A stretch of 64,000 bases of DNA from an uncultured Candidatus Peribacteria bacterium (GTDB taxonomy: Bacteria > Patescibacteriota > Gracilibacteria > Peribacterales > Peribacteraceae). The stretch is taken from contig CAZSMX010000006.1 of assembly GCA_964608325.1 (NCBI GenBank), positions 1,426-65,425 of the forward strand, read 5' to 3'. The notes below the pieces were generated by a model that saw only the letters and a list, made by a program, of their open reading frames with translations, had not been told where the DNA came from and ran no database searches. Made by a program: the position numbers and the translations under genes. Positions 48,694 through 57,975 of the stretch are shown here, one piece after another. Within the stretch, counting starts at the first letter, position 1. Each line of letters opens with the position of its first letter.

Positions 48694-48980
48694 TAAGTCG
48701 ATCCTTCGTTTCTAGAATAATTGTAGTAACAAAAAATGAAAATCTGCTCCCCCACGAATCCTTTCTAGACTGTCGCTCCCCGACAATCTGTAAGAGAATG
48801 TCGTGCGGACGCAGCCCCTAGAAAGGGTATATGGGGGTCAGGAACGGTGTTTTTAATGACCTGGATGCGTATAATAATATATTTAACAATAAAGTCAAAT
48901 ATCTTCCTTTGGGCTTCGGAAGGCCCAGAGGATAGTCAAAATGACTTCAAAAACAAGCCAGATTCTGCTATACTTATTGG

Positions 48981-50012
48981 ATGTCTTCCCTTCCCGATTC
49001 CGTATTTGAAAAAGCCCTGGCGGCCAAAGCATCCGATGTCCACATCGTCGCCGGAGCTCCTTTATTGTTCCGCATCGACGGCGTGCTCACGCCGCAGACG
49101 CAGACCGATGTGAGTCCGAAGGAAGTGGAAGCATTCGTGAAGGACCTCCTGGGTACCGCGGCTTTTGAGCGTTTCCAGAAGGAGAAGGAGATCGACATGG
49201 CTCATGGATTGCCTAACGGCGTCCGCCTGCGCGTGAACTGCCACTTCGAACGCGGCAACATGGCCGTCGCCGCGCGCATCATTCCCGTGGAAATCCCCAA
49301 CCTCGCGGATGTCGATCTCACGGACATCGCGACGCAGGTCGTGGGACTTCGCGAAGGACTCATCCTGTTCACCGGTCCCACGGGATCCGGAAAGAGCACG
49401 TCGCTCGCAGCACTGTTGCAGAGCATCAATGAATCGCGCGCCGAGAATATCATCACTTTGGAAGACCCGATCGAGTTCCTCTTCCCGAAGGGCAAGGGCG
49501 TCATTCGCCAGCGCCAGTACATGGAAGATTTCCTCTCGTTCCCCGAGGCGATGAAGCGCATCCTGCGCCAGGACCCGAATATCATCATGGTCGGCGAAAT
49601 GCGCGATCCCGAAACGATCGCCGCTGCCCTCACGCTTGCTGAGACGGGTCACCTTGTCCTTGCGACGCTCCATACGCCGAACGTCATGCAGACCATCGAC
49701 CGCATCGTGGATGTCTTCCCGCCTCACCAGCAGCCGCAGGTGCGTTCACAGCTCGCGCTATCGCTCAAAACCATCGTCGCACAGAAACTTCTGCCGAAGG
49801 AAGGCGGGGGACGCGTGGCGCTTCGCGAAGTGCTCATCAATACGCCTGCGGCGCAGAACATCATCCGCGATAACCGCGTACAGGAGCTTGCGTCGGTCTT
49901 GCAGACGGGCAAGGAGCTTGGCATGCGTTCCTTCGAGGCAGATCTGAAGCGCCTGAAGAAGGACGGGCTCATCAGCGAGGAGACGCTGGAGCTTATGATG
50001 GGAAACCTGTAA
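48981..50012 (+). CDS. pilT: type IV pilus retraction ATPase PilT
   Basis: Walker A GPTGSGKST, Asp/His boxes and TLHT motif. 343 aa. Confidence 0.92.
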   Translation: MSSLPDSVFEKALAAKASDVHIVAGAPLLFRIDGVLTPQTQTDVSPKEVEAFVKDLLGTAAFERFQKEKEIDMAHGLPNGVRLRVNCHFERGNMAVAARIIPVEIPNLADVDLTDIATQVVGLREGLILFTGPTGSGKSTSLAALLQSINESRAENIITLEDPIEFLFPKGKGVIRQRQYMEDFLSFPEAMKRILRQDPNIIMVGEMRDPETIAAALTLAETGHLVLATLHTPNVMQTIDRIVDVFPPHQQPQVRSQLALSLKTIVAQKLLPKEGGGRVALREVLINTPAAQNIIRDNRVQELASVLQTGKELGMRSFEADLKRLKKDGLISEETLELMMGNL

Positions 50013-50021
50013 GACCATTCT

Positions 50022-50050
50022 GTTCCATAGGGGTATGGAACGGTAATTTT
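50022..50050 (+). terminator. hairpin after pilT
   Basis: 8-bp stem gttccata/tatggaac with gggg loop, followed by ggtaatttt. Confidence 0.5.
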
Positions 50051-50139
50051 GGCTTTCGGAAGCGTCTTTTCGGAAGCCGCATTTCACGCATGGAACGTGC
50101 GTTTGTTTCGCAAAACCCTCTCCCGTAAAGTGAGGAGCT

Positions 50140-51711
50140 ATGAACAGCCTCCCTTCCAGCATCGAGACGTATTTCCAAGAGGCGGGCTTCTCCGGCACGG
50201 AGATCGCCATCATCAAGAAGCTTGTGGAAGGGGATGCCATGACCTTGCGCGACCTCGCGTTCAAGACGGGCAAGAGCACGGGAGTGTTGGACCAGGCGAT
50301 GAAGAAGCTCCTGAAAAAGAAGATCGTCGTGCGTGAGATGATCAACGGCACGCCGAAGTACGTCCTGCATTCGTTGGAATCCGTGTCGAAGTGGCTGCAG
50401 GATGATATGAAGCAGAAGAAGAACGTTCTGGAATTGCGTCATCAAAACTTCGAATCATTCATCTCTTCCATCACGTCTGGCAAGAGGCGTCCCGAGATGC
50501 AGTTCTTCCAGGGTGCGGAAGGCCTGAAGAAGGCCTACACGCTGCTGCTGGAAAAGGGGAATGACTTCGTACAGTACGGCCCTGTTCTGTATACGGAAAC
50601 CGAGGATCCTTTGCGGGAATTCAATGTCCAGTATTTCCGCGAGCGCCGGAAAAGGAACATCTTCCTCCGGGTCATCGCGCACAACACGCCGCTTGGGCGT
50701 CGATTCCAGAACAGGGATCCGTTCGAATACAGGAAGACCGTACTCGTGAACGAGAACCTGTATCCGTTCGCCTTTGAGAAGATTGTCGTCGGAAATACGG
50801 TGGCCTGCTTCCAGCATGAAACGCAGGAGGCGTGCTTTATCGAATATAAGGAACTTGCTGAACGAGAGCGTCAGTTCTTCGAGAGGCTCTGGAATATGAA
50901 GTTGCAGCATCCTGACGAGGGGGTGGAACCGGTAGTGGATCTCAATCCATTGCCGATCGTTTCCGTGTCGATGACGGTGCCGACGAAAACGAAGGTACTT
51001 TCGCAAGTGAGGGAGTTCTTCTTGAGTCCAAAGAGTATTTTTGCATTCGTTATTTGTGGCATTCTCTCGGCTGGCGTGACGTATTTTTTGTACCAACATA
51101 GCTTGTCATTAAATCTTGAGAGAATTCAGGAAAAAGCAAAGGTGGTCGCTGCAACTGGTGCACTCCAATTTAGTATTAACGATTTAAATCAATTACATAC
51201 TCTTGAAGATACGAAAAAAAGTGAGTATTCAAAAATTGTTTCATTATTAAATGAAATTCGTAACCAGGATAAAGATATAAAATATGCTTACATTATGAGG
51301 TTAACTGAGGAGGAAGGTGTTTGGGAATTTATTGCAGACGCAGATTCTCTTGATCCTTCTGCAAAAAAAGATATTACCGGCGATGGAAAAATTGATGATA
51401 AAGATTTGTTATCTCCACCTGGTCAAAAATATGACACCAAAGCCTTTCCTCCAATTGAAGATAATAAGCAGGCATTAATACATCCAATAATCCTAGGTCC
51501 ATTTGTTGATCATTGGGGAAGTCTTATTTCTGGCTGGGCACCAATAAGAGATGAAAATGGAAAAGGGGTAGCAATATTAGGAATAGATATTTTTAGTGAA
51601 ACCGCTGTAAAATTATCAAAACAAGCTTTCGCCTCAATTTCATACTTTCTAGGATTTTTCTTGGTTTTCATACTGTTTAGGCTAATTGCTTTCAATAAAT
51701 TCTTGTTATAA
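50140..51711 (+). CDS. membrane-tethered TrmB-like winged-helix regulator fused to a periplasmic Cache/PDC-like sensor domain
   Basis: N-terminus EIAIIKKLVEGDAMTLRDLAFKTGKSTGVLDQAMKKLLKKKIV (wHTH). Two TM segments flank a domain paralogous to the sensor of the kinase at 52684. GC content drops inside the gene. Confidence 0.7.
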   Translation: MNSLPSSIETYFQEAGFSGTEIAIIKKLVEGDAMTLRDLAFKTGKSTGVLDQAMKKLLKKKIVVREMINGTPKYVLHSLESVSKWLQDDMKQKKNVLELRHQNFESFISSITSGKRRPEMQFFQGAEGLKKAYTLLLEKGNDFVQYGPVLYTETEDPLREFNVQYFRERRKRNIFLRVIAHNTPLGRRFQNRDPFEYRKTVLVNENLYPFAFEKIVVGNTVACFQHETQEACFIEYKELAERERQFFERLWNMKLQHPDEGVEPVVDLNPLPIVSVSMTVPTKTKVLSQVREFFLSPKSIFAFVICGILSAGVTYFLYQHSLSLNLERIQEKAKVVAATGALQFSINDLNQLHTLEDTKKSEYSKIVSLLNEIRNQDKDIKYAYIMRLTEEEGVWEFIADADSLDPSAKKDITGDGKIDDKDLLSPPGQKYDTKAFPPIEDNKQALIHPIILGPFVDHWGSLISGWAPIRDENGKGVAILGIDIFSETAVKLSKQAFASISYFLGFFLVFILFRLIAFNKFLL

Positions 51712-51797
51712 ACCACATAAGATACTTAATAAACTTATAGACAAATGCTAAATAAAATAAGCATGTAGTTTTGAATTTGTAGTGATATTATTTATAT

Positions 51798-52613
51798 ATG
51801 AGCAAATCTAAAACTGAAGGTAACTATTCCCCAAAAGATTGGGATCAGATTGAGGACATAAATGAAGTTAAAGTAATTACTGCAAATCTGGAGAAGTTAA
51901 ATAAAGTGCATGTTTATGATCATGCTGAACTCTATGATATTGCTTATCCTGGTTATGAAGGAGACATGAGTTTTTATTTAAAGAAAGGTAGGGTTGGGAA
52001 GGTGCTCTATTTAGGCATAGGATCCGGAAGGATATTTTCTGAGCTTGTAAAGGTTAATCAAAATATCATAGGAATTGATAACTCAGTTGAAATGTTGAAC
52101 CTTCTTTATAAAAAATTTCCCCATATCAACAAAAATCAAGCCATCTTAAAAGATGCGCTGGTTGACGAATTTCCAACAGAAGAATTTGATTTAGTGTTAG
52201 CGCCATACTCTTTTATGCAATGTTTCGAAGTAGAGCAGTTAGAAATTTTACTTTCAAATGTTAAAAAATGGCTAAAGCCCAACGGTAAATTTTATACTGA
52301 TACTTTCTCAACATTTTTAATTCCTTTTAGAAAGAAAGGTCTTGAGACAATTAGAGAAAAAATAGGAGATATCGATTTCCAAATTTTTATTAAATACAAT
52401 CACATTCTACAAAAAATGAGAGAATGGGTTCTAATTAAGAAGGGCGAAAAAGAGTATTTAATTGAAATGAACTTAAATTATTACTTCCCTCATGAAATCT
52501 TTCCTATCGCAAAAAAAGCGCATTTAAAAAATATAAAAGTTTTTGGCGATTATTCAGAGGATATTTTTGATCCAACTTTGCATAACGTAATTAGCTACGA
52601 AATGCAAAAATAA
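51798..52613 (+). CDS. class I SAM-dependent methyltransferase
   Basis: Motif I VLYLGIGSGRI, followed by IGIDNS. Low-GC. Confidence 0.75.
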   Translation: MSKSKTEGNYSPKDWDQIEDINEVKVITANLEKLNKVHVYDHAELYDIAYPGYEGDMSFYLKKGRVGKVLYLGIGSGRIFSELVKVNQNIIGIDNSVEMLNLLYKKFPHINKNQAILKDALVDEFPTEEFDLVLAPYSFMQCFEVEQLEILLSNVKKWLKPNGKFYTDTFSTFLIPFRKKGLETIREKIGDIDFQIFIKYNHILQKMREWVLIKKGEKEYLIEMNLNYYFPHEIFPIAKKAHLKNIKVFGDYSEDIFDPTLHNVISYEMQK

Positions 52614-52683
52614 GGTCAATTATGATGCTTATTTGCTGTTTTACTAGCTTTAAAAGTAAAGGACTTTATGATATAATGTATTG

Positions 52684-54135
52684 ATGTCTAGAAATACAAA
52701 TAGCCAGGCTGTGACCGATCAAAAAGCAGCAGGGAAATTCCATTCCTTGCGGATATATTTATTGCTATTTGTGTTTTTAACTTTGACGGTAATAACTACC
52801 CTTGTTCTTTACAATAAAACTCAAGAATTCTTTAGGTGGAGTTTAAATGAAAGAATGCTGGCTTTAGCATCTATTGCTTCAACAGAATTTGAAGCTGAAG
52901 ATCTCAATAAAATCACTGGTCCTGAAAGTATCCATTTAAATGTTTATAAAGAAACAGTAATTAAATTGCAGAGAATTCGAAATAAGACTGATAAATTGAA
53001 ATACATTTACATTTTAAGAGAAACAAACAATCCGAATGAATTAGAGTTCGTTGCCGATGCAGATTCTCTAGAGCCTGATAAACCGATTGATCTTAATGAA
53101 GATGGGATCGTAGATGAGGAAGATGCACTTACATTTCCAGGAGATATATACGACATTTCTGAATTTCCAGAGTTTAAAGAGGCAGCATTTGATAAATCTT
53201 TTGTAGATCCTGAGCTTACCTCTGATCAATGGGGAACTTTTCTTTCTGGGACTTCGCCGATAATTGGTTTCAGTAAAGATGGAAAAAGATATGTTATTGG
53301 TTTAGATCTTGATGTTTCGGAATATTTGAATTTAACAAATCTTGCTTTGGTGCCATTCGCATTGTTCGTTGTATTTCTTTTGTTAATACTCACAACTTTG
53401 ACGCTGATTCTTAAAAGATTGTGGAAAACGCAAGTAAAATTATTGGCAGAACTAGATATTCAAAAAGATGAGCTATTAAGCATTGTGAGTCACCAGCTAG
53501 CAACTCCGGTTTCATCTATTAAATGGTATTTGGAAATGATGAAGGATGGAGATCTGGGTAAATTAAATGATGAACAAAAAGCACATGTTACTTCTATGCA
53601 AGAAGTAGCTGTGAATCTTTCAGATCTTGTAAGCATGATCCTCGATGTGTCCCGTATTCAGTTGGGGCGTATGCATATCGAGAAGCAAGACCTCGATCTC
53701 AGTGCTTTCTTTAAGGAGATTCTTGAAATTATCGAGCCGAAAGCTCTCGAAAAGAAAGTGAATTTTATTAAAAAAATTCCCACATCTTTCCCTGCTGCAA
53801 AACTTGATAAGAGGTATACACATATGACAATTGAGAACCTGCTGAGTAATGCTGTGAAATACACACCGGAGAATGGGAATGTAGATTTCACAGTAACAAT
53901 TACTGGCAATATATTGCGTTGCGTTGTGAAAGATACTGGAGTTGGTATCCCGAAGGCTGATCAAGAAAAGATTTTTGGAAAATTGTTCCGTGCCAGTAAC
54001 GTACGCAATAGCGTAGATGGAAATGGATTTGGATTATATGTTGCAAAAGGCGCTGTAGAAGCTCAAGGGGGAAAAATTTGGTTTGAAAGTACAGAAGGAA
54101 AAGGAACTACTTTCTTTATTGAATTACCTTTGTAA
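52684..54135 (+). CDS. sensor histidine kinase (TM - Cache/PDC-like sensor - TM - HisKA - HATPase_c)
   Basis: H-box SIVSHQLATP, N-box LLSNAVKYT, G1 DTGVGI and G2 GNGFGL. Confidence 0.9.
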   Translation: MSRNTNSQAVTDQKAAGKFHSLRIYLLLFVFLTLTVITTLVLYNKTQEFFRWSLNERMLALASIASTEFEAEDLNKITGPESIHLNVYKETVIKLQRIRNKTDKLKYIYILRETNNPNELEFVADADSLEPDKPIDLNEDGIVDEEDALTFPGDIYDISEFPEFKEAAFDKSFVDPELTSDQWGTFLSGTSPIIGFSKDGKRYVIGLDLDVSEYLNLTNLALVPFALFVVFLLLILTTLTLILKRLWKTQVKLLAELDIQKDELLSIVSHQLATPVSSIKWYLEMMKDGDLGKLNDEQKAHVTSMQEVAVNLSDLVSMILDVSRIQLGRMHIEKQDLDLSAFFKEILEIIEPKALEKKVNFIKKIPTSFPAAKLDKRYTHMTIENLLSNAVKYTPENGNVDFTVTITGNILRCVVKDTGVGIPKADQEKIFGKLFRASNVRNSVDGNGFGLYVAKGAVEAQGGKIWFESTEGKGTTFFIELPL

Positions 54136-54139
54136 AAAA

Positions 54140-54161
54140 CCCACCAAGTTGCCTTGGTGGG
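54140..54161. terminator. shared hairpin between the kinase (+) and DMT (-) genes
   Basis: 9-bp stem cccaccaag/cttggtggg with ttgc loop. An A-run on the plus side gives the T-tail for the minus-strand gene. Confidence 0.7.
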
Positions 54162-54185
54162 TAAATATCGATGAGAGTGATGAGA

Positions 54186-54656
54186 TTATTTTGCAGTACC
54201 TATAAGATACAAAGCACCTCCTCCTAAGAACCAAGCTACAACGATCTGTAGTGATGGAAATTTGTGCTCAAAGATTGCGGTAAAAAGAGCTGCGGCGACC
54301 GGCATTAATGAGTAGGCCATCGTAAGCGTTAAAGTTCCTACATTTTGATGAAGTGCCTGAAAATGTGAGCTGGCTGCAATGAAGGATGCAACAATCATCA
54401 AGAATATAAAACTAGATTGTTTTAAGTCTGGGGTAACAATACTAGTCTTATAAAAAAACAACGTAGTAAGAGAAAAAATTGCCATCCCCACCGCATAACA
54501 TGCAGTGATGAATTTAGGGGGGAGACTGGTTAATTTTAAATCCGTTATTGTGATTTCCAATGCATAGAAGAGCATTGCGATCACACACATGAACATACCA
54601 CTTTTCATATAAGTACTCCTATACTCTCTTGAAACGATATTTGAAAGACCTATCAA
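54186..54656 (-). CDS. small EamA/DMT-like membrane protein (about 5 TM)
   Basis: 156-aa all-hydrophobic ORF. Low-GC. Confidence 0.6.
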   Translation of the reverse strand: MIGLSNIVSREYRSTYMKSGMFMCVIAMLFYALEITITDLKLTSLPPKFITACYAVGMAIFSLTTLFFYKTSIVTPDLKQSSFIFLMIVASFIAASSHFQALHQNVGTLTLTMAYSLMPVAAALFTAIFEHKFPSLQIVVAWFLGGGALYLIGTAK

Positions 54657-54747
54657 TAACTTATTATTAATATAAAATTAAAAATGTATTTAGTCAATAT
54701 ATTACATATTAAGTTTAAATTTCAATATTCAGTGATATTGTTCAAAC

Positions 54748-56487
54748 ATGACCAACGCCGAGATTGCCTCCATTTTCGAGCGCATCGGGAAAATCCTCAC
54801 GTTGAAAGACGAAAACCCCTTCCGTATCCGCGCCTACGATCGCGCGGCTCTCACCATTCTCTCCCTCTCGGAAGACCTTTCTTCCATCTATAAGGAGAAG
54901 GGGACGGAGGGTCTCATGGATATTCCCGGCATCGGAGAAGACTTGGCCGCGAAGATCGAGGAGCTGGTGACCACCGGGAAGCTGCAGTACCTGGAGAAGA
55001 TGCAGAAGGAAGTGCCGGCGGGATTGTTCGACATCATGCAGATCCAGGGGATGGGTCCCAAGAAAACGCATTTCGTGTGGAAGGAATACAAGGTGGAGAC
55101 GGTGGCAGACCTGAAGAAATTGATGGAATCCGGAAAGTTGGAGGGCGTGAAGAACTGGGGCGAGAAGAGCATCCAGAACGTGCTGTTGGGCATCCAGTCC
55201 ATGCAGTCCCATGGGTCGCGAGTCGCGTTGCCCGTGGCTCTGAAGGTCGCGCAGAACATCGTCATGGAACTGAAAGCGACCGGACTGTGCAGCAATATCG
55301 AGATCGCCGGGAGCGTGCGCCGCCGCAAGGAGAGCATCGGGGATATCGATATCCTCGTAAGCAGCAAGAAGCCGGAGAAGGTGATGGACGTCTTCTGCGC
55401 GTACGCGCTCGTGGAGCGCGTGCTGGGAAAGGGGGAAACGAAATCCAGCGTGCAGCTGAGCTCCGGTTTGAATGCCGACCTGCGCGTCGTGGACGAGGAA
55501 GTCTTCGGCGCCGCGTTGCACTACTTCACCGGAAGCAAGGAACACAACGTGGCGGTGCGTTCGCTGGGTATCAAGAAGGGGATGACGATCAACGAATACG
55601 GGGTACACAAGGGAACCGCGGAGAAGAAGGGAAAGTTGCTCGCGTCGCGCACCGAGGAAGACGTGTACAAGGCGGTGGGGCTCGCATACGTTCCGCCGGT
55701 ATTGCGCGAGGACCGCGGGGAAGTCCAGCTGGCCATGAAGGGGGACCTGCCTGTGTTGATCGAAGAGAAAGATATCCGCGGGGACCTGCACATGCACAGC
55801 AACTTCAGCGACGGAAGCGCGACGATGACCGAGATGGCCAAATCCGCTGCCGCGCAAGGACACGAGTACATCGCCATCACGGATCATGCTTCCCCGATGG
55901 GCATGGTTGCGGGCATCAAGAAGGACAACATCAAGGAATACTTGAAGCTCATCGACAAGGCGCGCAATGCCGTGCCGGACATCCGCATCTTCGCCGGAAC
56001 CGAGGTGGACATCTTGGACGACGGATCCCTGTACCTGGATGACAAGGTGCTCGCCCAGTTGGATTGGGTCGTCGCATCCGTCCACGGCAACTTCAAGATG
56101 TCCCGCGAGGACATGACGGATCGCTTGCTGCGGGCCATCGAAAATCCGCACGTTCGCATGATTGCCCATCCCATGGCACGCAAACTCCTGAAGCGCGATC
56201 CCATCGACTTCGATATCGATACCGTGTTCCGCGCCGCTGCCAAGCACGGCGTCGCATTGGAAGTGAGTGCATCCGTGGACCGCTTGGATCTGAACGACGT
56301 GCTCTGCAAGCGCGCGAAGGACCTGGGGGTGAAAATGCTCATCAACGCGGATGCGCACAACCCGGGCGAGTTGGATTACACCTACGGCATCAGCCAAGCG
56401 CAGCGCGGGTGGCTGACGAAAGAAGACGTGTTGAATACCCTTCCGTTAAAAAATTTTGAAAGTTATGTACAAAAAAAGAGATCATGA
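54748..56487 (+). CDS. polX: family X DNA polymerase with C-terminal PHP domain
   Basis: N-terminal NAEIASIFERIGKILTLKDENPFRIRAYDRAA, GSVRRRKESIGDIDIL, and PHP motif HMHSNFSDG. Confidence 0.92.
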   Translation: MTNAEIASIFERIGKILTLKDENPFRIRAYDRAALTILSLSEDLSSIYKEKGTEGLMDIPGIGEDLAAKIEELVTTGKLQYLEKMQKEVPAGLFDIMQIQGMGPKKTHFVWKEYKVETVADLKKLMESGKLEGVKNWGEKSIQNVLLGIQSMQSHGSRVALPVALKVAQNIVMELKATGLCSNIEIAGSVRRRKESIGDIDILVSSKKPEKVMDVFCAYALVERVLGKGETKSSVQLSSGLNADLRVVDEEVFGAALHYFTGSKEHNVAVRSLGIKKGMTINEYGVHKGTAEKKGKLLASRTEEDVYKAVGLAYVPPVLREDRGEVQLAMKGDLPVLIEEKDIRGDLHMHSNFSDGSATMTEMAKSAAAQGHEYIAITDHASPMGMVAGIKKDNIKEYLKLIDKARNAVPDIRIFAGTEVDILDDGSLYLDDKVLAQLDWVVASVHGNFKMSREDMTDRLLRAIENPHVRMIAHPMARKLLKRDPIDFDIDTVFRAAAKHGVALEVSASVDRLDLNDVLCKRAKDLGVKMLINADAHNPGELDYTYGISQAQRGWLTKEDVLNTLPLKNFESYVQKKRS

Positions 56488-56632
56488 TTAACGGCTTATC
56501 TAAGGCTTATTTGATAATTAAAATATATTATTAATAAACGAAAATAAGATCGTACTCCGAAGGGCATTTACACTATTTTACTGTGGTGATATACACGGCG
56601 TCCGGTTTTTTGCATCAGCGCCTCAATAAAGA

Positions 56633-57130
56633 ATGGAGTTGAATATGGTGGAGAAACGTCTCGACACGGGGTTGATCCTTGTCACGAAACATAATGGGAA
56701 AAAGACCGCGTTGCTCATGCAGCGCATGGAAGATGAAGGCACGAAGGATTGTTCCGTCACGTGTTTCGGTATGTGGCGTCCCGACGGCAAGACGCCTCTG
56801 GCGAAGGGGGATCCTCGGTTCCTTAACATCATCAGTAATGCCAACGCCTTATTCGGCCACGATGTCGGGGAAATGGTCCTGCGGAATATCCATAACGCGC
56901 GGCTCGTCGTCGAAGACGAAACGGAAACAGTGCATTTGCAACTGTATGCACTGGAACTGGATGTGCCAAAGGAAGCATGGCCCGAACGCACCGTTCCCGT
57001 CACCCGGGAAACCAGGATCGCCGTCCGCCAGAACAACGAAGAAGATCTCAAAGTCGGACCCGATACCTACTTCATGGCCATCCATGGAAAGGAGGCGCTG
57101 GAAAAAGCTTTCCATCTCTTCGCTGCATAG
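56633..57130 (+). CDS. degenerate Nudix-fold-like protein, paralogue 1
   Basis: GLILVTKHNGKKTALLMQR strand pattern. SVTCFG aligns with QVTCHG of paralogue 3. The Nudix box is degraded. Confidence 0.45.
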   Translation: MELNMVEKRLDTGLILVTKHNGKKTALLMQRMEDEGTKDCSVTCFGMWRPDGKTPLAKGDPRFLNIISNANALFGHDVGEMVLRNIHNARLVVEDETETVHLQLYALELDVPKEAWPERTVPVTRETRIAVRQNNEEDLKVGPDTYFMAIHGKEALEKAFHLFAA

Positions 57131-57166
57131 CGGCGTAACTGCTTGGAACCCTTAAAAGCCGGAACG

Positions 57167-57193
57167 CGGCAGACCTCCGGGTCTGCCGTTTTT
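57167..57193 (+). terminator. rho-independent terminator
   Basis: 9-bp stem cggcagacc/ggtctgccg followed by ttttt. Confidence 0.8.
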
Positions 57194-57335
57194 CCATGCG
57201 AAAAGTCAGGGAAAGTTCTCTCTTAGACCCTTTACAGGAAAAGGCCACGGTGATATATCGCGCGAACGGTTTTTCATTAATCTGTTCATTTTTCATATCC
57301 GGTTACGGAAGCATCGCACAAAAGGAGTGTTCCCA

Positions 57336-57818
57336 GTGTCCGCCAAGTTTAAAGTCCGTTTGCTCGTCATCTGCGCTTCGTCCGGCGAGGGCGCGTTCGC
57401 GTATCTGAAGAGAAAGTCCGACGGTACCCACAGTCTCACCTACAGCGAGGATGTCGGCAGCCGATCCGAAGGGGAAGAGTGGGTCAAGCGACAGTTGCGC
57501 GAATCGTTTGGTCGCCGCGACGCCGAACGCCTCATGGAACGGAGCGAATCGTTCTTCATCATCGACGAAAATTCGATGGAGTTGAACTTCGGCGTTCTCG
57601 TTCCCCATGGTCAGATCCCGAATGCGATCGGGGCATGCAAGAAAAAGACGCCTCATTTGCTCGAAGCCGTGGCACGCGACGTAAAAATCGCGGCGCCGGG
57701 CGAAGAGTACGACGGAGCCGGCCTGTACATGTCCGCGGCCGCCATCGCCGTCATTCAAAAGACGGCCGAGAAGTTTCGCCCGAAGCAAGCCGAACGTCGA
57801 GTTCCCGCAACCGTATAG
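57336..57818 (+). CDS. Nudix-like protein, paralogue 2
   Basis: GTG start 8 nt after AAGGAG. GSRSEGEEWVKRQLRESFG matches G-x5-E-x7-RE. Confidence 0.5.
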   Translation: MSAKFKVRLLVICASSGEGAFAYLKRKSDGTHSLTYSEDVGSRSEGEEWVKRQLRESFGRRDAERLMERSESFFIIDENSMELNFGVLVPHGQIPNAIGACKKKTPHLLEAVARDVKIAAPGEEYDGAGLYMSAAAIAVIQKTAEKFRPKQAERRVPATV

Positions 57819-57860
57819 CTGCCTGCCCCCACGGGTCAGGCGGCCGAGAAAAACCAACCC

Positions 57861-57884
57861 CCGCCAGACCCATGCGTCTGGCGG
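57861..57884 (+). terminator. hairpin after paralogue 2
   Basis: 9-bp stem ccgccagac/gtctggcgg followed by atttaat. Confidence 0.55.
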
Positions 57885-57975
57885 ATTTAATAATGGACAA
57901 TATTTTCTATGAATGTAGAATATCCATTCCGTAGTTCTTTCGCAGTATCAGTAACCCTTTTGAAGAGGTGTAATC

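Noticed and set aside
51000-51100. The GC breakpoint inside the TrmB-like gene as a metagenome assembly chimera.
   Set aside because: This cannot be excluded without reads. However, the reading frame continues for 220 more codons, with a sensible TM-sensor-TM architecture paralogous to the next kinase. That would be improbable for a random join.
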